DNA of 64,000 nt from NCBI RefSeq assembly GCF_016026235.1, contig NZ_CP065613.1. One strand, written 5' to 3'. This DNA comes from Escherichia coli (lineage in GTDB: Bacteria; Pseudomonadota; Gammaproteobacteria; Enterobacterales; Enterobacteriaceae). Of this stretch, positions 63,071-64,000 are shown piece by piece (within the stretch, counting starts at the first letter, position 1; each line of letters begins with the position of its first letter). A program made the translations under genes and the position numbers. Below the pieces are notes generated by a model that searched no databases, was not told the origin of the DNA, and saw only the letters and a program-made list of their open reading frames with translations.

Positions 63071-63131
63071 TAACACAATGTTTACTCTGGTGCCTGACAT
63101 TTCACCGACAAAGCCCAGGGAACTTCATCAC

Positions 63132-64000
63132 ATGACGCGTAAACAGGCCACCATCGCAGTGCGTAGCGGGTTAAATGACGACGAACAGTATGGTTGCGTT
63201 GTCCCACCGATCCATCTTTCCAGCACCTATAACTTTACCGGATTTAATGAACCGCGCGCGCATGATTACTCGCGTCGCGGCAACCCAACGCGCGATGTGG
63301 TTCAGCGTGCGCTGGCAGAACTGGAAGGCGGTGCTGGTGCAGTACTTACTAATACCGGCATGTCCGCGATTCACCTGGTAACGACCGTCTTTTTGAAACC
63401 TGGCGATCTGCTGGTTGCGCCGCACGACTGCTACGGCGGTAGCTATCGCCTGTTCGACAGTCTGGCGAAACGCGGTTGCTATCGCGTGTTGTTTGTTGAT
63501 CAAGGCGATGAACAGGCATTACGGGCAGCGCTGGCAGAAAAACCCAAACTGGTATTGGTAGAAAGCCCAAGTAATCCATTGTTACGCGTCGTGGATATTG
63601 CGAAAATCTGCCATCTGGCAAGGGAAGTCGGGGCGGTGAGCGTGGTGGATAACACCTTCTTAAGCCCGGCATTACAAAATCCGCTGGCATTAGGTGCCGA
63701 TCTGGTGTTGCATTCATGCACGAAATATCTGAACGGTCACTCTGACGTGGTGGCTGGCGTGGTGATTGCTAAAGAACCGGACGTTGTCACTGAACTTGCC
63801 TGGTGGGCAAACAATATTGGCGTGACGGGCGGCGCGTTTGACAGCTATCTGCTGCTACGCGGGTTGCGAACGCTGGTGCCGCGTATGGAGCTGGCGCAGC
63901 GCAACGCGCAGGCGATTGTGAAATATCTGCAAACCCAGCCGTTGGTGAAAAAACTGTATCACCCGTCGCTGCCGGAAAATCAGGGGCATGAAATTGCCGC
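63132..64000 (+). CDS. metB: cystathionine gamma-synthase, 3' end cut by window edge
   Basis: Open frame from ATG 63132 (MTRKQATIAVRSGLNDDEQYG) to the window end; absent from ORF track because no stop is reached. Confidence 0.9.
   Translation, partial: MTRKQATIAVRSGLNDDEQYGCVVPPIHLSSTYNFTGFNEPRAHDYSRRGNPTRDVVQRALAELEGGAGAVLTNTGMSAIHLVTTVFLKPGDLLVAPHDCYGGSYRLFDSLAKRGCYRVLFVDQGDEQALRAALAEKPKLVLVESPSNPLLRVVDIAKICHLAREVGAVSVVDNTFLSPALQNPLALGADLVLHSCTKYLNGHSDVVAGVVIAKEPDVVTELAWWANNIGVTGGAFDSYLLLRGLRTLVPRMELAQRNAQAIVKYLQTQPLVKKLYHPSLPENQGHEIA

Overview
The window is an Escherichia coli chromosomal segment that follows the K-12 gene order from yihT to metB (order recalled from memory, not searched). 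It reads: sulfoquinovose catabolism genes yihT(partial)-yihU-yihV-yihW, yihX-yihY-dtd-yiiD, yiiE, yiiF, fdhE-fdoIHG (selenoprotein), fdhD, yiiG, frvRXBA, rhaM-rhaDAB / rhaSR / rhaT, sodA, kdgT, yiiM, cpxAR / cpxP, fieF, pfkA, sbp, cdh, tpiA, yiiQ, yiiR, yiiS, uspD, fpr, glpXKF, zapB, rraA, menA, hslUV, ftsN, cytR, priA, rpmE, yiiX, metJ and the start of metB. No tRNA, rRNA or CRISPR array was seen. Four things interrupt this backbone and are the accessory content: (1) an AT-rich islet of about 2.9 kb between yiiD and yiiE carrying one ~604-aa gene with a CX5R phosphatase P-loop (CKSAKDRT) that resembles the SopB/IpgD phosphoinositide-phosphatase effector signature, which is the strongest candidate for a novel system; (2) an IS150-type IS3-family element inserted inside a REP element between yiiF and fdhE; (3) a 464-aa outer-membrane porin gene between frvA and rhaM; (4) two tandem paralogous membrane-protein genes between zapB and rraA. 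All calls rest on reading the sequence and the supplied ORF translations against remembered protein families; no database search was run, so strain assignment and homology claims need confirmation.
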